A stretch of 64,000 nucleotides of DNA from the human T2T-CHM13v2.0 reference genome, Homo sapiens: the NCBI RefSeq assembly GCF_009914755.1, contig NC_060930.1; one strand, given 5' to 3'. Below, piece by piece: positions 31,260-48,599 of this stretch (its first letter is position 1; each line of letters begins with the position of its first letter). The notes under the pieces are model-generated. The model did not search any database. It was not told where the DNA came from and worked only from the letters and a program-made list of their open reading frames with translations. A program made the position numbers and the translations under genes.

Positions 31260-31879
31260 GTTAATATGGCAACTTTTATGTTATGTATATCTTACCACAA
31301 ATAAAATTTCAAAAATTAGTAGGAGGATAAGTAGATATTTGACAAAAACTGACAATATAGTTACTTCTGGGGAGAAGGACTGAGGTCCAGAACCAGAAAG
31401 ATTTTTCACACATTTTTAACTCAGCATTTTCTAACCATATGCATTTCTCAACTTTTCAGTTTAAAAGAGTGGAAGGGGATTGCCAACGACCCCCACATCC
31501 CTTTCAAACAGAAGGGGTAGTTAAGAGCCAGATAGGGGTTTTTGTTTTCATACACGTGTTAATCTTTAAATGGAGATCCTGTATTTAGGGCTTAATTCTC
31601 TTATTTACATCACTGTAAGTGAAACTTTCTCAAAATTTAGGAAAGCCAGTTATTCATAGGAACCCAAAGGCTCAGTCTTTGGCACATGAAAATAATAAAG
31701 CTTGTCTATCCATGGTATTGTTCCTGTTGTTTTTAATAGTAGTGATAGAGTTTTACATATTCATCTCTGCCCTGTCCACCAGGCTTGTGTCCAACAATAA
31801 CAACTGATGTTTACTGAGGGCTATTTCTTAAGCACAGTGTTTAGTTCTTTCACATATCTCCTTTAATATATCTCCTTTT

Positions 31880-31896
31880 AGATACATAGATAGATC

Positions 31897-31941
<45 letters not shown>
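31880..31941. repeat. (GATA)n tetranucleotide STR
   Basis: About 15 units, with two interruptions near the start. Confidence 0.95.
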
Positions 31942-33013
31942 CTCTCCAGTAATAATTGGATAATCCTAGGGTCCTAGTGCTACTATGGTCTTTTACACAT
32001 AAGGAAGCTGGTACATAGGAAGGTAAATAACTTTGCTGAGGCCTTGCTGCATTCAGATACAATTTTGCAGCCACTCTGCTATGAATCCGATGCCTGTGTG
32101 TTAAATCATCACACTGTGCTGCCTCCAGCAGCTTTTCAGGGCAGGGATGGCATGAAGCCTATTGCTGTGAAACCTGCAAGGACCGCTGGACCACAAGCCT
32201 TCCAGCTTGCTCCCTGTGGTGTCCCACAAATCACACAGCATCTGTCACTAAGTACCTGAAAGACTTAGTGAATTAGCCAGGCTTGCCATAACCAAGAGCT
32301 ATTTACCTAAGAGTGCAAGTAAGTGGATGGCTCTGGAGGAACTGAGTGTACAAACCCCTCTGACATCCTAAGTAACTAAGAAAGGACTGCTGGAAACCAT
32401 CCGTGGCACATCTGCCACTCTTTCACCCCAGCTCCTTGCACTCATTAGCGGGACATTCTAACTAGGGCAAGACTTGTATAATCCAACTGTGTCTTTGTAG
32501 GGTGTGCTCTTAACTTCTCACCAGTGATGAGTCATTACTAATCGCCAATCATCACATGAAGCCAAGATGCCCCTTAAGGGAGTAGCTAAGTATTTTAGCA
32601 AATGCTGTCAACTTAGCATGTTTGACAAAAGTAATGTAAGTGGAAGGACACACTTATCACTGCCTTCTTCCCTTGACCCACAGGAGGGTCCAAAGTGGAA
32701 ACCTCTCTTCAATATAAAGGCTGCAACCAGTGCCCCCCCCACCCCTAGCTTGTAAATAACACAGCACACCTACCTAGTGTTCTGAGGCAAGGATGAACAC
32801 ACACACTTGTACGCACACTCAGCTTCTCATCTAACCACTTCCCGCTTCTGTCCCTCCACTCAACCAGTCCCCTAATGTCTTCAGGGACTCTTAACATAAA
32901 ATGCTCAAAGCAGGAAGTTAAACATGCCAGACACATCATCAGCACCATGTGGAGCCAAGCATTTGCTAAAGCCGCAGCTTATAATCAAGGTGTTTTTAAA
33001 AAGTATTATTACT

Positions 33014-33326
<313 letters not shown>

Positions 33327-33546
33327 TTACTCTGCATAATTATCCGGTTTTGCTTAGGTCTTTTCTCTGATGGATCAATACTGAAACTCTGACTTTCCTA
33401 AACACACGTATTCATTCATGTTCATGGAGTTCTGTTCTGATTTTTCTAGGAATATAGGTTAACTCATCATGCCCATTAACTTATGAAAGACCAGCTCTAC
33501 TATACTTCCACTGCGTAATGCAAGACATCCTTATCTTTTCTCAGTT

Positions 33547-33549
<3 letters not shown>

Positions 33550-33593
<44 letters not shown>
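33550..33593. repeat. (CA)n microsatellite, ~22 units
   Basis: Uninterrupted CA run. Confidence 0.97.
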
Positions 33594-33595
<2 letters not shown>

Positions 33596-36500
33596 CGATG
33601 CTGCCCATGCATTCTTCCAAGCAGGGCTGGATCTTCACTCATGTGGGCCTGTGGACGTGAGTGGTCTTCACTCATGTCTTCTCAGTGATAGTATGGTGCC
33701 CACCATGCCCCACAGCCCACAGTGCTTCCGTGCCTTCTCACAACATCACAACAGTATCAGAGATGAGGGATGAGCTCCAGGCAACATGATAAAAACATCA
33801 TTGTCCTGAATATAGCACCATTTGCTTAATCAAAAGGAAAAGGGTAGGTGAGCTTGGATGAAAAAGAGATAAGAAACAGGGGCAAGAAAAGCAACATGCA
33901 AGAGTAATAGCCCAGAACCCCCAAACAAATGTGCCAGGCCACACATCTGTCCTGGAGCTTGGGAGACAGTGGGTACCCCTGTGTGTATCACACTCCCACA
34001 CACACCTGCTAAGGATGAAGGTTTAGAGACAGCCATATGGTCGGGAAGTGTTACTACTCATATTAACTGTTTAGGGAATCAGGGGGAAGCAGAGAGAGAG
34101 TTCAAGAAGTTGACCAAAGACCACCAGCCAGGTGCAGCAGAAACCTGCTGTGTCCGTGCTAAGACTGCTATAGGGTCCTCTAGGATCTCTCCCTGAATTT
34201 GCAGGTCATTCAGCACAGGAAGGACACTGAAGTAGCAACAGCAAGGCATGAGTCAGATAGTAGAGGGCTTTGGGCTTCTCCTTATGCCTCCACTCAAGAG
34301 TAAAGAGCTCTTCAAAGTCTTGGGTGACTAAACATTTTAGAGTGGCCACTTGAGGCTGAATACACAGGACAATAGAATGTCTCTTAAGAATCCAAAAGGA
34401 CTTCCACAACACAGCAGTGAGCCTGCCTGCAAAGCTCTCCCTGCCCTTTCATCACATCCTGAAGGCTTGTGCTTGGCAGGAAGCAATGGCTGTAGGAGGC
34501 CCTGCCAATTGTTTCAGCCATCACCGCTTTATCATAAGCACAGCTGCATGTTTTGGCATCCACTGAACAACTCTTCTCTCTTGAGTCTAAAAAATAGTCC
34601 TAGGAAACATGGAGAGCCAGTGCAACATTTAATTTTTTAAACTATGAAATAGTTTGGTTCACATGAAAAAGAATACTAATGTATCTCTGCTGTGACTATG
34701 AAAGTATATTTATACGGCTGTAGAAAGCAAAGAAGAAAGAGAAAACTTTAAATGTAAAATTCTTGAGGATTGTAGAATAATGGATGGTTTTGTCCCCCAT
34801 AAATATTTCTTAAGATGTCACCTTCAAAAATAACAAATGCAACACATGTTCACCACAATCTCTGAAACTATGCAAAGATAATAAAGAAAAAGCTAATATG
34901 CTTTTCCACACATCCTCTCCCCATTTATTCCCAAAATCTCACTACAACCAACTTGACACCCCAGGATTTGCCTTATACACCTGTCCCCATACTCAAAGGA
35001 AAATATAGACACATAGGAGCTTTCAGTTGTTATAATTTTAGGAAAATTGAAGATAGATGGATAGATAGAGACATAGATACCCACATTTATGTGCTCACTC
35101 TCTCTATATATATATAATTTTTCTCATTTAAAACATTGCCACACTCCTCCATGTCAAGAGACAACTAAAACTCTTTCTTCTGAGTAGTTTCACAACATTC
35201 CATGGTACAAATGTTCTTCTTGTTATCAGGTTTTCACTGTTAAAAACAATGCAGATAGCACCGTGAATGGCAGTAATGACCTCCAAAAATTCTCCCCTTC
35301 ATATAAGCAATAAATACATTGGGAAAACTGTCACAATCAACTTTTCCTGACCTCTGGAAATTAACCAAGCCTTGCATTAATCCAAGGATCCTTTACTCGT
35401 GTAAACAGCTGAATCTAGGCAAGAACAGAGAGTTCTGTGACATTTTTAATTGCTTATTCCCATCTCCTCCTCCCTTGCTCTTTGGTAGCCTTAAAAACCA
35501 ATAGCCAGCAATCACAGTAAAAACCAGAACCACTGAAGAAGGAAGAAAGGGATTAAACTTCCTTGAAAGCCCTGTTCCCAGAGAATTGTCATTATGCAAC
35601 TTGTCAGGTTGGTCTTTGAAATATCCCACTCCCAAAGCTTGTCCTTATTTGACCTGATTCAAATAAGATACAAACAGTGCAAATGACCTTTTCTGGGATG
35701 AAGGGGGAGGCACTTGTAGAAAACAGATCAGTAGCAATTGTTTCACATAGTGACTGCCTGAAGCAGTGACAACAGGTGGAACGAAAAACAGGCTAACTAA
35801 AAAAATAAAAAGTAAAAGCTGAGTAATGAAATGTCCACAGAAGGCTGACATATTCTTGGGACTCTAGGAGGCTACATGCATGTGTAAGGCTATGTGCATA
35901 TCCAGGGCTGTGAGCATTCTCAGAAAAGACCTGAGAAGTTCCCAAATTCTTGTCTCTGGCTGACCTTGAGGCTCTGTGCAAGCAGCAAGTGATGGCTAAG
36001 GTGGACACGAAAACCACACAACTGACTAATAAAGGCATGCCCCAAAACACACAGAGCCCCTTGGCAGAAACTAGAAAACTTATTGGTTCCAGATAGTTAA
36101 GGGATTTGCTACCCAATCATTAGCTGATCTCCAAACTAACTGAGCAGAGATTTCAGCAGCCACACATGACAAAGAATCTGGACTTGACACAATTAATTCT
36201 GAAAAGCCACTAAACAAACAAACAAACAACAACAAACCCTGGGTGAAGAGGGAGAGAAAAGTTGATTTATAGAGCTGCCACATTACATAATTTAAAATGT
36301 CCAGTTCTTAAGAAAAAACTATAATACATGTAAAGAAACAATAAGTTATGGCCTAAACACAAGGAAAAAAGCAATCAAAAGAAACTATACTTGAGGAAGC
36401 CTAGACTTTATATTTACCAGAGAAACACTTAAATCAGCAATTTTAAATATCTCCAGAAAACTAAAGGCAACCATATCTTAAAAAGTAAAGTCTGAAAATG

Positions 36501-37535
36501 ATTTCTTACCAAATACAGAATATCAATAAAAAGATAGAAATTTTTTTTAAAAAAACAGCAAATAGCAGTTCTAGAATACAAAAATTATAAAAACTGAAAT
36601 GAAGATTCACTGGAGGAACTCAACAGCAGATTTGAGCAGGCCAAATTAAAAATCAAGATTCTAAAATATACATTAATAGAGGTGATCCAGTATGAGGAAC
36701 AGAAAAGAAAAAGAATGACAAAAAAATGAACAGATTCTCAGAAACTTCTAGGACATAATGAGGCATATAAACTACATGCATAATGGGAGTCCAAAATGTA
36801 GAGTAGAGAAAAATATAAAAAGCATATTTGATGAAATAATGACCAAATAGCTAAAAATTTGATGCAAAACATTAATCTACACATCCAAGAAAACTCAGCG
36901 AACTCCAAGGAGGATCAACACAAAGAAACTGAGACCAAGACACATTGCAAACAAACTGTCAAAAGACAAAGACCAAGACACCATCTTAAAAACAGCAAGA
37001 AAGAAGCAACTCATCATATACATGAACTCATAAATAACATTAACAGCTGATTTCTCATCAAAAATAATGGAGGCCATAAGGTAATGGAATGACACATTTG
37101 AAATGCTGAATGGAAAAGACTGTCAACCAAGAATTCTACATCCAGCAAAACTATTATTCAAACACGAAGCAGGCATTAAGATAAACAAAAACTGCAAGAA
37201 TCTATGGCTAGCAGACCTGCCCTACAATAAAAATTACAAGAAGCCCTTTGGGCTAAAATAAAAGGACACTAGATAGTAACTCAAATCCACAAGAAAAAAT
37301 AAAAGTACTAGTAAAGCTCAATACATAGGAAATTATAAAAGAGAGTATAATTGCATATTTTGTTTGCAACTCTCTTTTTTTGCCTACTTAATTTTAAATG
37401 CACTCCATAAAGCAATAGCCATAAATCTGTGCTGATGGGCATACAACATACAAAGATGTCATTTGTATAACAATAACAGGACAAAGGAGAGGAGAGTAAA
37501 TGGAGCAATATAGCAGCAAACTTTTTATATATTAC

Positions 37536-37887
37536 TGTATTAGTCCGTTTTCACACTGCTGATAAAGACATGCCCAAGACTGGGGGAAAAAAGAGGTTTA
37601 ATTAGACTTACAGTTCCACATGGCTGGGGAGGCCTCAGAATCATGATGGGAGGCAAAAGGCACTGTTTACATGGCAGCAGCAAGAGAAAATGAGGAAGAA
37701 GCAAAAGCAGAAACCCTTGATAAACCATCAGGTCTCGTGAGAATTATTGACTATCACAAGAATAGCACAGGAATCATGGACCCCATGATTTAATTACCTC
37801 CCCCTGGGACCCTCCCACAACATGTGGGAATTCTTGGAGATACCATTTAAGTTGAGATTTGGATGGGAACACAGCCAAACCATATCA
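37536..37887 (-). mobile_element. THE1C-like MaLR LTR
   Basis: TGTATTAGTCCGTTTTCACACTGCTGATAAAGAC ... ACAGCCAAACCATATCA. Confidence 0.9.
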
Positions 37888-38457
37888 TTCCACCTCTGGC
37901 CCTTCCAAATTTCAGGTTCTCATATTTCAAAACCAATCATGCCTTCCCAATAGTCCCCCAAAGTCTTAACTCATTTCAGCATTAACCCAAAAGTCCACAG
38001 TCCAAAGTCTCATCTGAGACCAGGCAAGTAAGTCCCCTCTGCCTATGGGCCTGTAAAGTCAAAAGCAAGCTAGTTACTTCCTAGATGCAATGTGGGTATG
38101 GGTATTGGGTAAATACAGCCATTCCAAGTGGGAGAAATTTGCCAAAACAAAGGGGTTACAGGGCCCATGCAAGTCTGAAATCCAGCAGAGCAGTCAAATT
38201 TTAAAGCTCCAAAATGATCTCCTTTGACTTCAGATCTCACATCCAGGTCACACTGATGTAAGAGGTGGGTTCCCATGATCTTGGGCAGCTCTGCCCCTGT
38301 GGCTTTGCAGGGTACAGCCTCCCTCCAGCTGCTTTCATGGGCTGGCGTTGAGTGTCTGTGGCTTTTCCTGGTGCATGGTGCAAGCTGTTGGTGGATCTAC
38401 CATTCTTGGGTCTAGAGGACAGTGACCCTCTTCTCACAGCTCCACTAGGCAGCCCCT
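37888..38457 (-). mobile_element. THE1 internal sequence, truncated
   Basis: Directly abuts the LTR; AAAGTCCACAGTCCAAAGTCTCATCTGAGAC and GGGGTTACAGGGCCCATGCAAGTCTGAAATCCAGC are THE1-int motifs. Confidence 0.88.
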
Positions 38458-38764
38458 CACTCAAATTAATCATCTAAACTTCCATCTTAAAGAACTATAA
38501 AAAAGGAAAACAAACTAAAAACAAAGCAGAAGGGAGGAAATAACAAAGACTACAGTGGAAATTAATAAAATAAGAAGTAGAAAAACAATAGCTGAAATTC
38601 ACAAAATAAAAAAGTTGTTTCTTCAAAAGATCAACAAAATTAACAAACCTTTAGCTAGACTGACCAATATAAAAGAGAGAAGATTCAAATTATTAAAATT
38701 AGGAATGCAAGAGGGGACATTACTGCTGGACCCCTTCCTTACACCATATTAAAAAAAATTAACT

Positions 38765-41243
<2,479 letters not shown>

Positions 41244-41245
41244 TT

Positions 41246-41541
41246 AGAAGGAAGGAAGGAGGGAGGGAGGGAGGGAGGGAAGGAAGGAAGGAAGGAAGGA
41301 AAAAGGAAAGGAAAGGAAGAGAGGGAAGGGAGGGGAGGGGAGGCGAGGGTAGGAAAGGGGAGGGGAGGGGAGGGGAAGGGAGAGGAGGGGAGGGGAAGGG
41401 AGGGGAGGGGAGAGGAGGGAAGGGAAAGGAAGGGAGGGCAAGGGAGGGGGAGGGAACGGGAGGGGAGGGGAGGAGAGGGAAGGGAAGGGAAGGGAAGGGA
41501 AGGGAAGGGAAGGGAAGGGAAGGGAAGGGAAGGGAAGGGAG
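41246..41541. repeat. Polypurine compound microsatellite (GGAA/GGGA/GGGGA/GGGAA)
   Basis: ~295 nt almost pure A/G, ending in about a dozen perfect GGGAA units. Confidence 0.95.
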
Positions 41542-41945
41542 ATAGCCCACAAAATGGAAGAAAATATCCAGAAATGATATACCTGATAAAGAACTTCTAC
41601 ACAGAATATATAATGAAGTCTTACAACTCAATAATTTTAAAAAACCATTTTTAAAATAGGCAAGGTATTTGGATAGACATTTATCCAAATATATACAATA
41701 GTAAATAAGTACATAAAAGGATGTTCCATATTACTAGTCATTAGAGAGATGCAAATCAAAACCACACTTTATACCCACTAGGAAGGCTAGAATAAAAAAG
41801 ACAGACAATAACAAGTGTTGATAAGCTATGGAGAAATGGAACACTCATACGTTGCTGGGGGGACAGCCACTTTGGAAAACAGTTTTCACAGTTCCTCAAA
41901 ATGTTACACATGGAGTTACCAGGTGACTGAACAATTCCACTTCTA

Positions 41946-42441
<496 letters not shown>

Positions 42442-42445
42442 TTAA

Positions 42446-42817
<372 letters not shown>

Positions 42818-42953
42818 TTAATTCCATTTAAATGAAATGTCTGGTATAGGCAAATCCATAGAGACAGAAAGTCAGTTAGTGGCTTCCAGAGGCCGGAGGC
42901 AGGGGGAAATGAGAAATTATTGCTAATGGGTACAGAGTTTCTTTCTGGGGTTA

Positions 42954-43280
<327 letters not shown>

Positions 43281-43329
43281 AAATGTTCTGGAATTATATA
43301 GTAATGGTGGTTGCACACCTTTGTGAATA

Positions 43330-43580
43330 CAGTTGGCCTGTGAACAATACGGGTTTGAACTGAGCAGGTTCACTTACTTCCAGCTCTGTCACCCCAGGAC
43401 AGCAAGACCAATCCCTCCTCTTCCTCCTTTTCAACCTACACAACATGAAGATGATGAGAGTGACAACCTTTATAATGATACACTTTCAGGTAATGAATAG
43501 GAAACATTTATTCTCTTCCTTATGCTTTTCTTAATAACGTTTTCTTTTCTGTAGCTTACTTTATTGTAAGACTATAATAT
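43330..43580. mobile_element. Tigger5/MER47-like DNA transposon, one end lost
   Basis: TA followed by CAGTTGGCCTGTGAACAATACGGGTTTGAACTG; ACAGCAAGACCAATCCCTCCTCTTCCTCC. Confidence 0.7.
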
Positions 43581-43973
43581 ATAAATGTATATTCTAAATA
43601 CATCTATATAATATATAAATGTATATTCTAAATACATCTATATAATATATAAATGTATATTCTAAATACATCTATATAATATATAAATGTATATTCTAAA
43701 TACATTTATATATTATATAAATGTATATTCTAAATACATTTATATAATATATAAATGTATATTCTAAATACATTTATATAATATATAAATGTATATTCTA
43801 AATACATTTATATAATATATAAATGTATATTCTAAATACATTTATATAATATATAAATGTATATTCTAAATACATTTATATAATATATAAATGTATATTC
43901 TAAATACATTTATATAATATATAAATGTATATTCTAAATACATTTATATAATATATAAATGTATATTCTAAAT
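43574..43973. repeat. AT-rich minisatellite, 34-bp unit, ~12 copies
   Basis: ATTCTAAAT core every 34 bp from 43591 to 43965; unit TATAATATATAAATGTATATTCTAAATACAT(C/T)TA. Confidence 0.96.
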
Positions 43974-44019
43974 GGGAGAATTCTATGGAATGTGAACTGT
44001 ATCTCAATAAAAGGAAAAA

Positions 44020-44530
44020 TGCAGAAATAAACACTTTTGTACATGTATTGTTATAAATTGGAGATTTTCTTTCTCAAGGATATATTCCCAAATGTGAGAT
44101 GGCTGTGTCAAAGTTCTAAGGCGTTTTTTTCCCTGAATTTTAGATATTGCAAGGTTATTTTCCAAAAGTGATATTCCAATTCACACTCACAACAAAAGTC
44201 TATTGAAAATTTTATTTCTCTGAATTCTGTCTGTCCCACAGTGTTTAATTTTTGCCAAGCATATGGGTGAAAACAATATCATTATTACTTAAACTGCATT
44301 TCCCTCTTTCATTGCACTTCTTTTCGTATTTATGTATAATCTGGATTTCTCCAACTATGAATTCCCAAATCGTATTCTTTGCCTATTTTTCTATTAGGTT
44401 TTTGTCTTTTTCTTAATGATGTGTGAGAGCTCTTCATACACTGGATGTATTAACCCTTTATCTAGCTAATGCATTACAGATTTTGTGCCCTTTTTGTTTA
44501 CAGTATCTGTATCTTGAAATGTCCATTTAG
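44020..44530 (-). mobile_element. Ancient L1M fragment
   Basis: Antisense L1-like T-rich sequence (CTTTGCCTATTTTTCTATTAGG, GGATGTATTAACCCTTTATC). Confidence 0.6.
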
Positions 44531-45046
44531 ATCAACACAATATGGGTTGAGTAATTTGAAAAAACAAGAAATAAGACCACTTCATACCTATTCTTTTCTT
44601 AAACCTCCATACCCAGCTCTTCACTCTCACTGTAAAATAGAAGTCTTCCAAAAAGGAAGTCCTCCTGTCACCACTACCAGTACGTGGACCTGCCTGAATG
44701 TGTGCCCACGTGTGCTGCACCTGAAATTCTTAAAGTGGTCAGCTGTTCTCTCTTGAGATCCAAGGGCCACTCTCCCTTTTTCATAGCTCCTTAAAATTTA
44801 AATTCAAACTTCTGGCTTTGTATCATCAGTTACCATGATGGGAACTTAGTAGATATCACATACACTCATTGAATTGAATTGACCGGTTTGGGTCAAGACA
44901 AGTTAGAGATTGCTCAAAGATAAATCAATTTCCTGAAATTATCATGGCTAGACTTGGTCTGGTCTAGTCAAAATTCTAGAGCAGTGTTTCTCCCAATTTT
45001 TTTTTAAATCTCAAGACCTCTCTGCACCCTTAAAAACTGAGGATGC

Positions 45047-45320
45047 CACCAGGTGCGGTGGCTCACATCTGTAATCCAAGGCTGAGGCGGGTGGATCACT
45101 TGAGGTCAGGAGTTCGAGACCAGCCTGGCCAACATGGTGAAACCCTGTCTCTACTAAAAATACAAAAATTAGCCAGGCACGGTAGTGTGTGCTTGTAATC
45201 CCAGCTACTTGGGAGGCTGAGGCAGGAGAATCGCTTGAACCCAAAGGCAGAGTTTGCAGATCACACCACTAGACTCCAGCCTGGGTGTCAGAGTGAGACT
45301 CCATCTCAAAAAAAAAAGAA
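45047..45320 (+). mobile_element. AluS SINE
   Basis: Dimer with small deletions; AAAAACTGAGGA on both flanks. Confidence 0.9.
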
Positions 45321-46029
45321 AAACTGAGGACCTCAGAGACCTTTTATGTAGGTGGTTTATACCTACCCATTTTTACTGTATTTGAAATTAAAACTGTTTT
45401 TAAGCATTTATTAATAAGCCTATGTTAAAATAACAAAAATAAATTCATTACATATTAACATAAATACAATATTTTATGGAAAATACATTTTCTAAAGACA
45501 AATTTGTGAGAAAGGTGGCATTGTTTGATATTTTTGCAAATCTTTTTACTGTCTGGCTTGATGGAAGATACATTGTCATAACTGTATTGCATTTAACCTG
45601 CCGCAATGTGTTGTTTTGCTTCAGGTATATTAAAAAAAAACCCAACTTCACACAGATATGTATTTGGAAAGGTGGTGGAGTGGGGTGTTTCTATTGCCTT
45701 TTCAGATACTTGTGGATATTCTTTGATACTACATCAAAACTTGACAAGTGGAAATTTCTTAAAGATTAGTTACCATGTGGAATCTGAAACCATATCATGA
45801 AGTTTTTAACTCTGTTACATAAAAATTTACTTGTCAATCTTGCATGATTTTGTAACATGCATGTCTTGGAAAAATTGGTTCACTGAAGCATACAGATTTT
45901 CTAAATTTAACACATTTTATTTAACACAAAATTTTTTTCAGTAATATTTGTTAATATCAGCACTGATTTTGGCTGAAAATTCTTTAAGATTTTAGGAATC
46001 TGTCAAGCTCACAGTGGGAGATACAAGTT

Positions 46030-46320
46030 CTCTTTTTCTTTTTTTCTTTTAGAGGCCGTCTCCTTCTGTTGCCCAGGAACCATCATAGCTCACTGCAACC
46101 TTGAATTCCAGGGCTCAAGGCATCCTCCCGCCTCAGCCTCTGGAGTAGCTAAGCCTAAAGGTAAGAACGGCCACTCCTGACTCATTTCTTTCTTCTTTTT
46201 TGTAGAAATGAAGTCTCCTTATGTTGCCCAATCTGGTCTTGAATTCCTGGCCCCAAGTAATCCTCCACCTCAGCCTCCCAAAAGTACTGGGGTTACAGGC
46301 ATGAGTCGCCACTCCTGGTC
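46030..46320 (-). mobile_element. AluJ-type SINE
   Basis: CATCATAGCTCACTGCAACCTTGAATTCC, GGCTCAAGGCATCCTCCCGCCTCAGCC. Confidence 0.85.
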
Positions 46321-46989
46321 CAGGTTTTCCAAAATTCTAACTTTTACTAGGAAGCCCATATTTTACCTTGGCAACAAATACTGTCAGCTATTGTTTCCCT
46401 TGAAGCAACAAGCTCACTTCATTTATTTTAAAGAAAAAGCCACCAAACACCTCAGTCAGAACAACCACAGTTTTTCAGTCCTCCTTTCAAGTCAAAATGG
46501 TGTTCCATGAAACAAGCAATAAATTCAGCTGGCAATTTAAATAACCATATGCATGCTTTGTTCAAAGCGACCACTGTAATTGAATATGCAGCAGAAGGGA
46601 TTGATATATACTTCCCACCTTATCACCCAGAGTACTCAAAAGACACATAACCAAGGGCCAACATTTTACAAAATTAATGGTTTCTACCTCTTCACCAAGA
46701 CATTCTTCAGGAAAGCCGACTTTTTTTGACTGGGAGTGTGTGACAGCAAAGAAGCAAAGAACACAGTGGTGACAGGTACAGTACAGTTAGGTATCACCGC
46801 CTCAATGTGCGGTGAGACAACAGCTGTTTGACCCACCAGCGCACGTGCACAGCGGTGTAAATGTCAACACAGAATAAAAGACATCTGAAAAGTTATTCAT
46901 CACTTGGACTATTTCAGCACCATGTGTCATTCCCATCAAAGAGCCTCCTTTGATGAATCATTTATCTGATACGAGATGAATACAAGAAA

Positions 46990-47459
46990 ACGCACATGTA
47001 TGTTCACTGCAGCACTATTCACAATAGCAAAGACTTGGGACCAACCTAAATGTCCATCAATGATAGACTGGATTAAGAAAATGTGGCACATATACATTAT
47101 GGAATACTATGCAGCCATAAAAAAGGATGAGTTCATGTCCATTGCAGGGACATGGATGAAGCTGGAAACCATTATTCTGAGCAAACTACCGCAAGGACAG
47201 AAAACCAAACACCACATGTCCTCACTCATAGGTGGGAATTGAATAACGAGAACACTTGGACACAGGGTGGGGAACATCACACACTGGGGCCTGTCGTGGG
47301 TGGGGGGAGGGGGGAGGGATAGCATTAGGAGATATACCTAATGTCAATGACGAGTTAATGGGTGCAGCACACCAACATGGCACATGTATACATATGTAAC
47401 AAACCTGCATGTTGTGCACATGTACCCTAGAACTTAAAAGTATAATAAAAAAAAAAAAA
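46990..47459 (+). mobile_element. 5'-truncated primate L1PA 3' end
   Basis: ORF2 C-terminus (MFTAALFTIAKTWDQPKCPSMIDWIKKMW), G-rich 3' UTR tract, TATAATAAAAAAA tail. Confidence 0.95.
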
Positions 47460-47472
47460 CAGAAGGAAATTT

Positions 47473-47598
47473 GGCTGGACGCAGCGGCTCACACCTGTAA
47501 TCTCAACATTTTGGGATGCCGAAGTCGGTGGATCACCTGAGGTCAGGAGTTCAAGACCAGCTTGACCAATATGGTGAAACCCCATCTAAAAAAAAAAA
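47473..47598 (+). mobile_element. Alu left monomer only
   Basis: Left arm ending CCCATCTAAAAAAA with no right arm. Confidence 0.85.
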
Positions 47599-48599
47599 GA
47601 TAAGCAGTAAGTCCAGCCTCCATTTATAAGCCAAAAGTACAATTGTGCAGACAAGATAGGAATACAGTCTTCATGTTTGCAGCTGAGGCTTTCATTCAAC
47701 AGGCCATAGTATTGATGGACAGTGGCAGTGCCATGACTTCTTTGCTGATTTTGCGGCCAGTAGACATTCAGCAAAGCCAGCTCTACAGGGCTTCACTCTT
47801 CGCTCGGCTGTTGTGTTCTTACCCAGCCTATGAACATGATAACTTACTCCGTAAGATGCTTCCGCGGTTCTTTCATGTCTAGTTTGGAAAGCTGTAACAA
47901 TTTTGGGGTTTTTAAGGAGCTCATCAAGTCTATGTTTAAAATACTCAACTCCCTTTTTCCTTAAACTCTGAATGTTTTGTCCAAAAATAATGTCACAATT
48001 TAACTAGCACCATAATACAATTTGGAATTTTTTCTGTTGCGTAAGACACCATAAGGTAAATTCCTAACGTCTATAGAGCTGATGACCATCACATTTTCGT
48101 TGCCATTTACAATTTCACACAGTTTCTTGGGATTAGACTTCTCCTTTCATGACTGAGAGAATGCTCTGATACAGCAATTCTGTCCTTTTCGGCGCCTTTA
48201 CACATGAGATGCTGCACGCTGAGAAAGCAAATCTTCTAATGTCCCTTTGGAAAGTCCATGACCCATCCTTAAATATAACAAAACGTGTTACAAATAAATT
48301 TCATTTTACTTTAGAATAAGATATTAGATTCTAGAATTGTAACAGTTTTAGACAGAATTATAAAATTTATAAAAGGGTTCAGAAAAAATAGGAGAATGCT
48401 ATTGAAACAAGACAAAAACCGTACTTACTTTTTGTCATATTTCTGCACAGTTGCAGAGAAACTGTTGGGACTTCAATATAACAATTTATAAACATGATAG
48501 TAGACACAGGGAAGACAGACAGCAAGAACGCAGTGGAGGAACTAAGAACAAGCTGAGTTCATCTCTGAAAATGTGCCCCGAACACATCAACCCTACTAA

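Larger units (their letters stand above)
27045..31310 (+). mobile_element. Old L1MC/L1MB-type composite: 5' UTR, ORF1 and deleted ORF2 relics, 3' end
   Basis: ORF-track fragments match L1 proteins (QEAQRTP of ORF1; ILNVNGLN and EDITILNVY of the endonuclease; DLNKWRDVPCTWMGRLNIVK of ORF2); many stops; two Alu insertions. Confidence 0.88.
35265..38760 (+). mobile_element. Old L1M 5' UTR/ORF1 relic with short ORF2 piece, interrupted by THE1
   Basis: A-rich ORF1-like sequence (TAACAGCTGATTTCTCATCA, CTGTCAACCAAGAATTCTACATCCAGCAAAACT); ORF2-like KINKINKPLARL at 38555-38752. Confidence 0.8.
44982..46880. mobile_element. Charlie1-like hAT DNA transposon with two Alu insertions
   Basis: Starts CAGTGTTTCTC after TAGAG; internal ACATCAAAACTTGACAAGTGG..TTTCTTAAAGATTAGTTACCATGTGGAATCTGAAACCATATC. 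Confidence 0.7.
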
